From contig CAZHYN010000012.1 of assembly GCA_964536865.1 (NCBI GenBank), positions 1 through 32,000 of the forward strand: 32,000 bases of DNA, given 5' to 3'. Position 1 is the stretch's first letter. The number at the start of each line of letters is the position of its first letter. Positions 7,098 through 15,575 of the stretch are shown in pieces. The notes beneath the pieces were generated by a model. It searched no databases and had not been told where the DNA came from. It saw only the letters and a list, made by a program, of their open reading frames with translations. This stretch comes from an uncultured Planctomycetia bacterium. GTDB lineage: Bacteria; Omnitrophota; Gorgyraeia; Duberdicusellales; 4484-171. The position numbers and the translations under genes were made by a program.

Positions 7098-8330
7098 TCA
7101 TCTAAATCCTCCCATGGTAGAAAGTTTAAATAAAGGTAAGAATAAAGAAATTACAATAAAACCAATAATAACCCCCATAATTAAAATAACTACAGGTTCA
7201 AATAAAGCCATCATCCTCTCAATCCGTGTAGTCAACTCTTTTTGATAATGAATAGATATTTTTTTAAGCATCTCCGGTAAGTTTCCTGCCTCTTCGCCAA
7301 TCCGGACAATCTCCGAAACCAAAGGAGGAATAAGTTTATTATTTGCTAACTCTGAAGATAAACTTCTTCCTCTCTTTACATTTTCTTTCATCTCCTGAAT
7401 AGCTCTCTCTAAAATACTGTTCCCTATACTTCGAGCGGTAATCTCTAAGGTATAGACGATAGGAACCCCACTATCTAAAAGGATATACATAGTTGATGAA
7501 AACATTTCCAAGTAAGCCAGAATAATGGGAGGACTAATAAGAGGTAATTTTAAGATTAAATCATCGAACTTATGCTTAAAGAAATGCCGTTTTCTACTCC
7601 CCCAAGTAATGAGAATTAAAAAGATAAAAATTCCTAAGAATAACAGAAAATTTCTATCTACAAATTTACTTAAATTTAAAAGGAAAACTGTAGGCTTAGG
7701 GAGCTGAATCTTAAATTCAGCAAAAATACTACTAAAGCGAGGCATAATCACTTTGAAAAATACCCCTACAGCTATGGATGCTACTGTAAGCAGGATTGCT
7801 GGGTAAATAAGTGAACTCTTAATTTTTCTCTCAAAATCTAACCTTCGTTCTAAGTAGTCCGCTAGTCTTTCTAATACCAGAGGGAGATTACCTGACGTTT
7901 CCCCTACCTCAGTGACTCCTCTCCATAGGGAACTAAACACACCTTCGTGTTTTTTCATAGCTTCACTTAAAGAAAGACCTTTCCTTATGTCTTCCACTAT
8001 CTCTCTCAGAGACTGGCTTAGTTTTATACTTTCTACCTGAGAAGAAATGATTTCCAAGCTTCTCAGAAGGGGCATTCCTGCAGAGAGAGTAGTAGAAAGA
8101 TTTCTAGCAAAAAAAACTAAATCGACTAATTTTACTTTCTTACGTTTTCTCTTCCTAATAAAGAACCTGAATATAGAAAGCTCTCTTTCTTCCTCAATCC
8201 TCTTTACGGAGACGATAAAAAGCCCTTGCTCTTTTAGCTTTCGGATAAGGTCTTCTTGAGAGGGGGCTTCTTCGACATCCTTTATAGTTTTACCCTCCGA
8301 AGTTTTAGCAAGATAACGGTAAAGAGACAT
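7098..8330 (-). CDS. pilC: Type IV pilus / T2SS platform protein (PilC/GspF/MshG family), 410 aa
   Basis: Duplicated T2SSF-type organisation with three TM segments. Typical length. Immediately downstream of the assembly ATPase. Confidence 0.9.
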   Translation of the reverse strand: MSLYRYLAKTSEGKTIKDVEEAPSQEDLIRKLKEQGLFIVSVKRIEEERELSIFRFFIRKRKRKKVKLVDLVFFARNLSTTLSAGMPLLRSLEIISSQVESIKLSQSLREIVEDIRKGLSLSEAMKKHEGVFSSLWRGVTEVGETSGNLPLVLERLADYLERRLDFERKIKSSLIYPAILLTVASIAVGVFFKVIMPRFSSIFAEFKIQLPKPTVFLLNLSKFVDRNFLLFLGIFIFLILITWGSRKRHFFKHKFDDLILKLPLISPPIILAYLEMFSSTMYILLDSGVPIVYTLEITARSIGNSILERAIQEMKENVKRGRSLSSELANNKLIPPLVSEIVRIGEEAGNLPEMLKKISIHYQKELTTRIERMMALFEPVVILIMGVIIGFIVISLFLPLFKLSTMGGFR

Positions 8331-8331
8331 A

Positions 8332-10038
8332 TTAATAAGCGGCTACCGCTAAAACCTCCTCCAAAGAAGTGATGCCTTCTTCTACTTTCTTTATTCCACT
8401 TTCTAACAGACTCATACTACCCTTCTGTTTAGCTATTCTCATAATCTCCTGAGGAACTGCTCTCTTATAAATTGCTTCTCTTATATCGGGATCGACCAAA
8501 ATAACCTCAGCAATTAGGGTTCTGCCTTTAAATCCAATATACTTACAACTAGAACATCCTTTAGGTTTATATATGACGGGAGAGGAAATCTCCACTGTCT
8601 CCGGTAACTCTTCTTTCTTTATTTCATAAGGCTCTTTACATCCTGAGCATAAACATCTTACTAATCTCTGGGCTACTATTAGCCTCAGAGAAGAAGCAAG
8701 TAAATAGTTAGGGATCCCCATATCCATTAATCGAGTAATTGCTCCCACAGCGTCGTTAGTGTGGAGGGTGGAGAAAACCAAATGCCCGGTTAGGGCACTT
8801 CTTACGCATATCTCTGCTGTCTCTAAATCTCTTACCTCCCCTACCAAGATAATGTCTGGGTCCTGTCTTAAGAAATTTCTCAAAACGTTAGCAAAATTAA
8901 GTCCTATCTCTGGTTTGATCTGAACCTGATTTATCCCTTCTAATCGATACTCTACTGGGTCCTCGATAGTAAGAATATTCTTAGTAGGAGAATTCACCTC
9001 GTTAAGTACAGCATAGAGAGTAGTGGATTTTCCACTTCCTGTGGGACCGGTGAGAAAAACTAAACCGAAAGGGTAAAATACGCCTTTTTTAATTTGGGCA
9101 AGTTCTGAAGGAAGAAAACCTAATTTACCAAGTTCTAGAGGAACTCGAGATTTATCTAAGATCCTTATTACTATTTTCTCTCCGTATATAGTAGGAATTG
9201 ATGAGACTCTTAAATCAATCAATCTATCTTTCACTTTCACCATAAAGCTACCATCCTGAGGAAGACGCTTCTCTGCTATATCCATACGAGCCAAAATCTT
9301 TATTCGAGAGATAATAGAAAGATGTAACGACTTAGAAGGAGGGGGAACCTCATAAAGTACCCCATCTATTCTATATCTTAATCTTAACTTTTCCCTCTGA
9401 GGTTCGATATGAATATCAGAAGCATTCTCAGCAATTGCTTGATGAATAATTAAATCTACTAACTTTATTATGGGGGCTTCTTCTGCCTTAGCAATTAACT
9501 TATCAATACTTAACTCTGTTTCATCTATAGAAGCACCTTCTGCCTCTTCTCTTCCCTCTTCGTACGCAGCTTTAATAGCATCTTTGAATATCTTCTCTTT
9601 ACCGTAAAAGTTTTCAATGGCTTGTAAGATGTCCGACTTAGTAGCTAAGATAGGATTAATTTCGCACCCTGTAAGTTTTTTTAAATTGTCTATCAGGATT
9701 AAATCTAAGGGATCAAAAATTGCTATAGTGAGAGAATTTAAATTTCGAGAAAGAGGAAGAACTAAATTTCTTACAGCAAAATCGTAAGGAATAAGCTCCT
9801 CTAAATTTTGCTCTCTATCGGGTTTTAATCTTCCTGATTTTAAAGTAACATAAGGAATAGAAAGTTGTTTACTTAGAGCAATTACTATCTGCTCCTCTTT
9901 CACGTAGCCTAATTTTACCAAAACATCTCCTAACCTCCCTCCTTCTTCAGTCTGAAGAGTTACTGCCTCCTCCAGCTGCTGAGGGGTAATCATCCCCTCT
10001 TCTATAAGAATTTCGCCTAGTTTCTTTCGTATCCACAT
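8332..10038 (-). CDS. pilB: Type IV pilus / T2SS assembly ATPase (PilB/GspE/MshE family), 568 aa
   Basis: Walker A GPTGSGKSTT. Asp and His box regions. Tetracysteine motif CSGC...CSSC. N-terminal T2SSE_N/MshEN-type domain. Confidence 0.95.
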   Translation of the reverse strand: MWIRKKLGEILIEEGMITPQQLEEAVTLQTEEGGRLGDVLVKLGYVKEEQIVIALSKQLSIPYVTLKSGRLKPDREQNLEELIPYDFAVRNLVLPLSRNLNSLTIAIFDPLDLILIDNLKKLTGCEINPILATKSDILQAIENFYGKEKIFKDAIKAAYEEGREEAEGASIDETELSIDKLIAKAEEAPIIKLVDLIIHQAIAENASDIHIEPQREKLRLRYRIDGVLYEVPPPSKSLHLSIISRIKILARMDIAEKRLPQDGSFMVKVKDRLIDLRVSSIPTIYGEKIVIRILDKSRVPLELGKLGFLPSELAQIKKGVFYPFGLVFLTGPTGSGKSTTLYAVLNEVNSPTKNILTIEDPVEYRLEGINQVQIKPEIGLNFANVLRNFLRQDPDIILVGEVRDLETAEICVRSALTGHLVFSTLHTNDAVGAITRLMDMGIPNYLLASSLRLIVAQRLVRCLCSGCKEPYEIKKEELPETVEISSPVIYKPKGCSSCKYIGFKGRTLIAEVILVDPDIREAIYKRAVPQEIMRIAKQKGSMSLLESGIKKVEEGITSLEEVLAVAAY

Positions 10039-10043
10039 TTATT

Positions 10044-11480
10044 TTATTTTTTTTTCGATAATTGATCTAAGGCTAATTCTATTGCTTTTTTCCGCTGAGA
10101 AAAGGTACTTTGTTCTCGAGATAAGGGCTTAAAACTCAAAAGACTGGGACCGTCTTTTACAATATGAGGAGTAAGAAATACCAGAAGTTCTCTCTCCTCA
10201 TCTTTACTTTTATTCCGGTGTCGGAACAAAGCACCTAAGAGAGGGATATCTCCTAAGAGAGGGATCTTGGTGATCGTCTCAGCACGATCATTTTTTATAA
10301 GGCCACCAATAAATAACGTTTCTCCGTCCTTTAACCTTATTACTGATTTTGTACCTCTCTCCTCGGGGTTCTTCAAATTTCCCACTAATCCACTCACACT
10401 TATCCCACTATCTTTAGCCTCCTTACTAAATACCTCTACCACCATAGTTATTTCTTTAGTCTCCAAGTTGACTTGAGGAGTTACTCTTAACTTAGTTCCT
10501 GTTTCCTCCCTCTCTACCTCTTGAGTACTTCCTGTTTCAGTTTCAGTAACACTAACTCCTATCGCCTCATTAACAGTAAGGTTAACTTCGGAAGTTTCAT
10601 TGGAGAGAGTTAAAATCTTAGGCCGAGCAATGAACTTAGTAGAAGTATCCTTACTCAAAAATTCTAAAGTAGCAGTGAAGTTAGCTAAACTCAGTGTCCC
10701 CATAGTTAAAGTTCCTTTGCTAGAGCCAGCTAAACGGTGAGGAAAGGGGAAGGCAGTAGTCCGAGAACCTCCAGTAAAACTAGCAGTTAGTCCTTTTTCT
10801 CCAAATTCTAAACCCAGCTTATCTACCAAACTTTTGGATACATCAAGCATCTCTACCTCAATTAACACCTTAGGAGGAGCAACATCTAAAGTCTTTATAA
10901 CTTCATCGATTATAGGAAACTGGGAAGGTACATCTACCACAATTAGAGAATTAGTGATCGGTTCCTCTATAACTTTTCCATACTCACTCAAAACTTTCTC
11001 CACCGCTGCCCGAATTCCTTCTTTTTCTTCTTCCTCTTCTTCCTCCTTTGCGATAAGATTATCTATCTCTTTCTGAATCCTTGAATTCTTCACTCTGATA
11101 TACTTTAATTTATATACTTTAGTTTTTAACTCAATTGTAGGTTTGCCTAGTTCTTTTACAATAAAAATGTTTGCTCTAGGGTAGTAATCGTAAGAGAGAT
11201 TGTTAGCTTTAAAAATAACATTCATTGCTTCCTTTAAAGGGGCATTCTCTATATATAGAGATAACTTCCGATTTTTTACTGCCTCTGTACAGATAAAGTT
11301 AAGACCGCTTTGTTGAGACAAAACTTTCAGCAGATCTATTAAAGAAACCTCTCTTAAATCCATAGAAATTTTTCTCTTACTTTTAGCAATCAGATAATCC
11401 CCATAAATATTGTCTACTTGAGAGAAGCAAACTCCTCCTATCATTATTAAAAAGAAAAAAAGCAGAATTATTTTTCTCAT
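10044..11480 (-). CDS. pilQ: Secretin (PilQ/GspD/MshL family), 478 aa
   Basis: Signal peptide. N0/STN-like segment DLREVSLIDLLKVLSQQSGLNFI. C-terminal secretin signature KIPLLGDIPLLGALFR. Confidence 0.9.
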   Translation of the reverse strand: MRKIILLFFFLIMIGGVCFSQVDNIYGDYLIAKSKRKISMDLREVSLIDLLKVLSQQSGLNFICTEAVKNRKLSLYIENAPLKEAMNVIFKANNLSYDYYPRANIFIVKELGKPTIELKTKVYKLKYIRVKNSRIQKEIDNLIAKEEEEEEEKEGIRAAVEKVLSEYGKVIEEPITNSLIVVDVPSQFPIIDEVIKTLDVAPPKVLIEVEMLDVSKSLVDKLGLEFGEKGLTASFTGGSRTTAFPFPHRLAGSSKGTLTMGTLSLANFTATLEFLSKDTSTKFIARPKILTLSNETSEVNLTVNEAIGVSVTETETGSTQEVEREETGTKLRVTPQVNLETKEITMVVEVFSKEAKDSGISVSGLVGNLKNPEERGTKSVIRLKDGETLFIGGLIKNDRAETITKIPLLGDIPLLGALFRHRNKSKDEERELLVFLTPHIVKDGPSLLSFKPLSREQSTFSQRKKAIELALDQLSKKK

Positions 11481-11505
11481 TTCTCCTCCTTCTCCTTCCC
11501 TTTCT

Positions 11506-11898
11506 TTACTCTTTACTTAATTTATTCTTCATCTTTACCGTATATACCTTCCCAAAACACTCAACTTCGATCTTTCCTTTTTTTATCTCCACTATCTTAA
11601 TATTCGTGCCTTCTATTGTATCGCCTACCTTATATATTTTCCCATTAATTATAGCTTGAGGAAAAGGTGTTCCCCAAATTAGTCCTTGAATATCAATTCT
11701 TTCCAAAAGGGTGGGGTCAGAAATTTCCTCTGGTTTAACTGAAGGAATCTCCTCTTTGGGAATGGGAAGTTTAGGGCTAAAAGGATCGAACTCTCTAGAG
11801 GTTTTCTCTTCTTCCGCTGCTAGAAGAAAAGCATAGCTTCCTATTATTAGAAAAGTAACTAGAAAAATACCAGTAATAAGGAGATATAATTTTTTCAT
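11506..11898 (-). CDS. PilP/MshK-like small pilus assembly protein, 130 aa
   Basis: N-terminal TM or signal anchor. A DPF motif (REFDPFSPK). Small C-terminal beta domain. Lies between the PilO-like gene and the secretin, with an ATGA overlap to the upstream gene. Confidence 0.5.
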   Translation of the reverse strand: MKKLYLLITGIFLVTFLIIGSYAFLLAAEEEKTSREFDPFSPKLPIPKEEIPSVKPEEISDPTLLERIDIQGLIWGTPFPQAIINGKIYKVGDTIEGTNIKIVEIKKGKIEVECFGKVYTVKMKNKLSKE

Positions 11899-12377
11899 CT
11901 TTTTATCAAACCTACTAGGTTTATATCCATCACCAATATATCTTCTTCTCCTTTACCCCAACCAATTCTTAATCTTCTAATACCTATCGCTGGGTAGCTT
12001 TCTATTTCTTCAATAAAAGAAAGTAACCCTTTATAAGCACCTTTTAATTTTAAATCCACTCCTACCAGAGAAAAAACCTCCTTTTCTATTCTAGAAGAGG
12101 GTTTTAGTAACTCTATCTCTATTTTGTATTTCAGCGTTGCCTTATCTATTATTCTCTTCAGTCTAAAAAAATCCGGAAGTAAATACTCTTTTATCTTACG
12201 ATATTCCTTATCTACAGAAGAAATTTTACTAGCTAAAGAATTCTTTTTTTTCCACTCTTCAATTTTATTACTTAATATATAACTTCTCTCCTTATAATTT
12301 TTATAGAGAAACACAATAACAATAAGGAATACCAATACTATTATTATAGAAGCTATTAGATTTTTATATCTCTTCAT
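11895..12377 (-). CDS. PilO/MshJ-like pilus assembly protein, 160 aa
   Basis: N-terminal TM helix, coiled-coil segment and small C-terminal domain. Position follows the PilMN fusion. Start overlaps the upstream stop. Confidence 0.55.
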   Translation of the reverse strand: MKRYKNLIASIIIVLVFLIVIVFLYKNYKERSYILSNKIEEWKKKNSLASKISSVDKEYRKIKEYLLPDFFRLKRIIDKATLKYKIEIELLKPSSRIEKEVFSLVGVDLKLKGAYKGLLSFIEEIESYPAIGIRRLRIGWGKGEEDILVMDINLVGLIKR

Positions 12378-13867
12378 CAGTAAAGTCTTATTCTAAAATG
12401 AGTAACCCTCACTCCCCTTAAAACTTTTGCTTCTTTTCCTACCAAATCTAAATGAGGAAGGAATCTTTTTAGAACCTCATCTTCCCTTATATTGAGGATG
12501 AGTTTATCTAAAGCATCTATCTCCTTAGCAGGACTGCCTAGCCAAATATACCCAGAAATCTTTGCCTCAAGGGACTCCCCTTTAGAATGAATCAAATTTA
12601 CCTCTTCTAACCATACTCCTCGAGGAAGGAAAAAACCCAATCTTTCTAAAACTGGACCTACATCCACAAAAGCATTTATCTTCTCTTTAATAGCATTAAT
12701 TTTAGCCTCCTTTTCTTCCAAAATCTTTCTCAATGTTTGGGGCGATTCACTTTTAAGTTTTTCCTCTAGAGGAAAAACACTCTTCACCTGGCTAACCTTC
12801 CTCTCTAAAAATTCAATTTTTCTTTTTAAGGAAGTATTCAGAATAAGAGATGAAAGAGCACCTAAAATAATTAATACTCCTAAAAGAAAAAGATTAATAG
12901 GATAGGAGAAGGCTTTTGCTCCTCCCAGAAAACAAGTAGAGGAATCCTCCAAGAGAGGCAGAAACCCCTTAGATAGCTGAGAGAAAGTTAAGGCAGAATA
13001 AGCTTTTAAAGTATTAACATCTCCAACTGGCATATTTAGAATCTCTTGAGGAGAATAGAACTCCACTTCGATACTTAATTTCTCTCTCAAAGAAGAAAGC
13101 AACTTATCCTTATTTGAATTATCAACAATAACCATTAGTTTTTCCACAGAGTAAGGCCGATATTCTCTTTTAAAATAATGGAGAGAAAACCTTATCTCCT
13201 CGGTAAGTTTATCTATAAATGCAGGCTCACCAGGAGCAACAACATTATCTCCATAAACTATCTCTCCTCTAAAGGAGAAAATTGTACGGCTAAATAAGGG
13301 AAGATTCTCAAAGAAAAGGGTTAAGTAACAGGCGTGTGAAGACAAATCTAAAACAGCAAACCATTTCTTCCTAATAGGACATCTATTAGCTATCAATCGT
13401 AAAAGCGCCAAACACGATGGCTCTATGGCTGATAAGGTTAGCTCTAACTTAGAGAAAGGCTGAGAGAGTCCGCCAAAGAGGGTTCTTTTAATTCCTATGA
13501 AGGAGACAATCCCCTTCTTCTTTTGAGGAATTTTTTTGTATCCATAGTTCCAAGTCAACTCTTCAATCTTAAAAGGAATGTATTTATCAATTTCAAAAGT
13601 TATACTACTTTCTATTCCCTTCCTTCCCATAGAAGGAACTACAAAAGAACGGAAGAAAAAGTACCTATCTTCTAGAGCCAAATATATCTCGTCATCCTTG
13701 TTTATATTTAACTCCCTAGCTATCTTATTAATCAAAATTTCAAAAGTCGCCTCTTTAAAAATATCTTTCCCCTCTAAAGGATAGCTCTTAAAGGAGGGAG
13801 ATGCCCCTTTTTTTAGAGTACTAACATATATGGAGTTAGGGGCTAAATATAAACCAATTCTTCCCAT
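12377..13867 (-). CDS. PilM-PilN fusion (MshI-like) pilus assembly protein, 496 aa
   Basis: About 320 aa cytoplasmic domain of PilM size, then one TM helix (LFLLGVLIILGALSSLILNT), then a coiled coil and a C-terminal domain as in PilN. First structural gene of the assembly operon. Confidence 0.6.
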   Translation of the reverse strand: MGRIGLYLAPNSIYVSTLKKGASPSFKSYPLEGKDIFKEATFEILINKIARELNINKDDEIYLALEDRYFFFRSFVVPSMGRKGIESSITFEIDKYIPFKIEELTWNYGYKKIPQKKKGIVSFIGIKRTLFGGLSQPFSKLELTLSAIEPSCLALLRLIANRCPIRKKWFAVLDLSSHACYLTLFFENLPLFSRTIFSFRGEIVYGDNVVAPGEPAFIDKLTEEIRFSLHYFKREYRPYSVEKLMVIVDNSNKDKLLSSLREKLSIEVEFYSPQEILNMPVGDVNTLKAYSALTFSQLSKGFLPLLEDSSTCFLGGAKAFSYPINLFLLGVLIILGALSSLILNTSLKRKIEFLERKVSQVKSVFPLEEKLKSESPQTLRKILEEKEAKINAIKEKINAFVDVGPVLERLGFFLPRGVWLEEVNLIHSKGESLEAKISGYIWLGSPAKEIDALDKLILNIREDEVLKRFLPHLDLVGKEAKVLRGVRVTHFRIRLY

Positions 13868-13873
13868 ATGGCT

Positions 13874-14068
13874 TTAAGGATTATTTTTATTTTTCTGTTC
13901 TCTTAACCAGCTTAGTATCTCTTCTCGATCGAACCGCCAAACTTTCCCTATCTTTATACCAGAAATTTTCCTCTGGTGAAGCCAGTTATAGATAGTCTGC
14001 CTCTTTAACCCCAAGTACTGGGCTAACTCTTCTACGCTCATCAACTTGGAAATAGTCTTTCTTTTCAT
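13874..14068 (-). CDS. Excisionase-family / MerR-superfamily helix-turn-helix protein, 64 aa
   Basis: LMSVEELAQYLGLKRQTIYNWLHQRKISGIKIGKVWRFDREEILSWL matches the HTH_17 pattern. Confidence 0.8.
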   Translation of the reverse strand: MKRKTISKLMSVEELAQYLGLKRQTIYNWLHQRKISGIKIGKVWRFDREEILSWLREQKNKNNP

Positions 14069-14095
14069 ATTATCTTCTAACTTGTTACACTTTTC

Positions 14096-14124
14096 ATTAA
14101 ATTATCTCTATTTATTAATGTCAA
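14096..14124 (-). promoter_or_regulatory. Sigma70-type promoter for the HTH / pilus assembly operon
   Basis: Minus strand reads TTGACA (14124-14119), a 17-nt spacer, then TTTAAT (14101-14096), 27 nt upstream of the ATG at 14068. Confidence 0.55.
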
Positions 14125-14176
14125 GTATTTTATTTCTACTTTTTTCATAATTTATCTATATATTGTGTGCCTAAAT

Positions 14177-14199
14177 TTTCTCCCCTATATCTGGAGAAA
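14177..14199 (-). terminator. Weak candidate terminator after the PilX_N gene
   Basis: 7-bp stem TTTCTCC (14177-14183) / GGAGAAA (14193-14199) with a 9-nt loop. Only a short U-run follows on the minus strand. Confidence 0.25.
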
Positions 14200-14252
14200 G
14201 AGGATTAATCTAAAACTCTGGTTATAACTGGTTAATAATGAAGAGGTTATAT

Positions 14253-14585
14253 TTAGTAGTTTACTGTAACTGATACGGGGCGTGTACCGTCTAAAGAAGA
14301 ACCAGGATTGTTAATGGGAGGACCTATCTGGATATCAGCATCGGAAGTTCCATCATTGTCTATATCTAAATCTTGGTTACTTATAGTTGAAGGGTCGTCT
14401 CCCTCTCTTAATCTTTCTAAAGCATGAACCAAACCTGCCTTTGCAATGAAGAAAGCTCGTAATCGCTTTGTCTTATGCTCAGTAATATAAGCCTGTTGAG
14501 TCATTACATGTATAGCTACCAAAGCTAAAATAGTAAGAATAACTACTGTAATGATAACAGTAATTAAAACTATTCCTCTGCTCAT
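14253..14585 (-). CDS. PilX_N-domain pilin-like protein, 110 aa
   Basis: MSRGIVLITVIITVVILTILALVAIHV....RAFFIAKAGLVHAL fits the PilX N-terminal domain pattern. The ATG at 14585 follows the SD GGAGGAGGAAGTG and overlaps the upstream TGA. The longer track ORF (to 14663) overlaps the wHTH gene and is rejected. Confidence 0.65.
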   Translation of the reverse strand: MSRGIVLITVIITVVILTILALVAIHVMTQQAYITEHKTKRLRAFFIAKAGLVHALERLREGDDPSTISNQDLDIDNDGTSDADIQIGPPINNPGSSLDGTRPVSVTVNY

Positions 14586-14791
14586 CACTTCCTCCTCCGT
14601 AATCTCACCCTGTAATAGGTTCCCTTTCTTTCTACTACTACATGTCCTTCCCGAGCAAGCCATCCTAAACTCATAAGGACTAACCTCTCGTCTTTATCTA
14701 TCCCTCTCACCAATCTCTTAAGGGATACCTTTCCCTTTCTATCTAAAAAATGCCATATTTCTCCTGCTACTATCCCTATTTCTGTAATCAT
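14585..14791 (-). CDS. DUF2582-type winged-helix protein, 68 aa
   Basis: IGIVAGEIWHFLDRKGKVSLKRLVRGIDKDERLVLMSLGWLAREGHVVVE matches the DUF2582 pattern as I remember it (IG..AG.IW..L....GWLAREgki). ATGA overlap with the upstream gene. Confidence 0.6.
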   Translation of the reverse strand: MITEIGIVAGEIWHFLDRKGKVSLKRLVRGIDKDERLVLMSLGWLAREGHVVVERKGTYYRVRLRRRK

Positions 14792-15006
14792 AATAACTTG
14801 TTAATACTAAAACACATAGGACATTTAGAAAAAATAGTATGGAGAGACACTACATATACGTAAGAACAAATTTCACATTTCACCACTCTCACATTAAACT
14901 TATAAGGAAACATAAGCTTTCTATTTTCTCTATGCACACTTATCCCCATAAAAGCCAACTCCATACACACAATGGAAGCTATAAGAAAGGAAATATCTAC
15001 TTTCAT
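14788..15006 (-). CDS. Small membrane-anchored zinc-ribbon protein, 72 aa
   Basis: One N-terminal hydrophobic helix, then CEIC....(17 aa)....CPMC. The ATG lies 1 nt after the upstream stop, and its own stop overlaps the next start. Confidence 0.5.
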   Translation of the reverse strand: MKVDISFLIASIVCMELAFMGISVHRENRKLMFPYKFNVRVVKCEICSYVYVVSLHTIFSKCPMCFSINKLL

Positions 15007-15007
15007 T

Positions 15008-15565
15008 TTATTTTACCACCACCTCTATCTTTGTCCAGGGAAAATTATTTTTCTTTAAAAAAATAAAATTCTCCCTTAGAAAATCCCGAAGGTAAAAGTG
15101 AAGAGAAGAATCAGCTGGCAAAACTAAGGGGGTAAATAGACACATTCTCCCCTGAGGAGAAGCATCTACATCATAAAAGAAAGGGAAATCAGAGAGCTTT
15201 AGCAACTGCAAAATAGGTAACTGATTTTTCTGTAGAGATATAGAATAAAAAGCAATCGGTGCTTTTTCCTCAAGTTCCTCTCTGAATATAGCTTTTCTCA
15301 AAAAATAACTAAGGATTATTTCTTTATCTCTTATGAGGGAAGGTAAAGATATCCTTTCCCAAAAAGAGGGTATCAAATACTCAGGAAGATTAACAGTTTT
15401 TGAAGGTAAAGGAAGCAAATCTTGAGAGGAAAGTAAATCTAACCAACTTACCATTATGGGCATAGTTTTCTTCTCCAGTATAGGTTGAGTAAAAATAATA
15501 ATACTTAGATGAAGAATAAAAGAGATAAAAATACAGATAAGGATATTTTTATTAAATATTCTCAT
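15008..15565 (-). CDS. TonB-like energy-transducer candidate, 185 aa from the ATG at 15565
   Basis: Occupies the TonB/TolA slot after ExbB-ExbD. Single N-terminal TM helix with an S-x3-H motif (ISFILHLS, Ser15/His19), as in the E. coli TonB anchor. No obvious Pro-rich spacer or TonB_C signature. The track start at 15604 is TTG and overlaps exbD by 29 nt. Confidence 0.4.
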   Translation of the reverse strand: MRIFNKNILICIFISFILHLSIIIFTQPILEKKTMPIMVSWLDLLSSQDLLPLPSKTVNLPEYLIPSFWERISLPSLIRDKEIILSYFLRKAIFREELEEKAPIAFYSISLQKNQLPILQLLKLSDFPFFYDVDASPQGRMCLFTPLVLPADSSLHFYLRDFLRENFIFLKKNNFPWTKIEVVVK

Positions 15566-15575
15566 ATATGGAAGC

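Noticed and set aside
14586-14663. N-terminal extension of the PilX_N ORF (MACSGRTCSSRKKGNLLQGEITEEEV).
   Set aside because: It overlaps the DUF2582 gene in another frame. The internal ATG at 14585 has a strong SD and stop/start coupling, and it yields the expected short leader followed by a hydrophobic helix.
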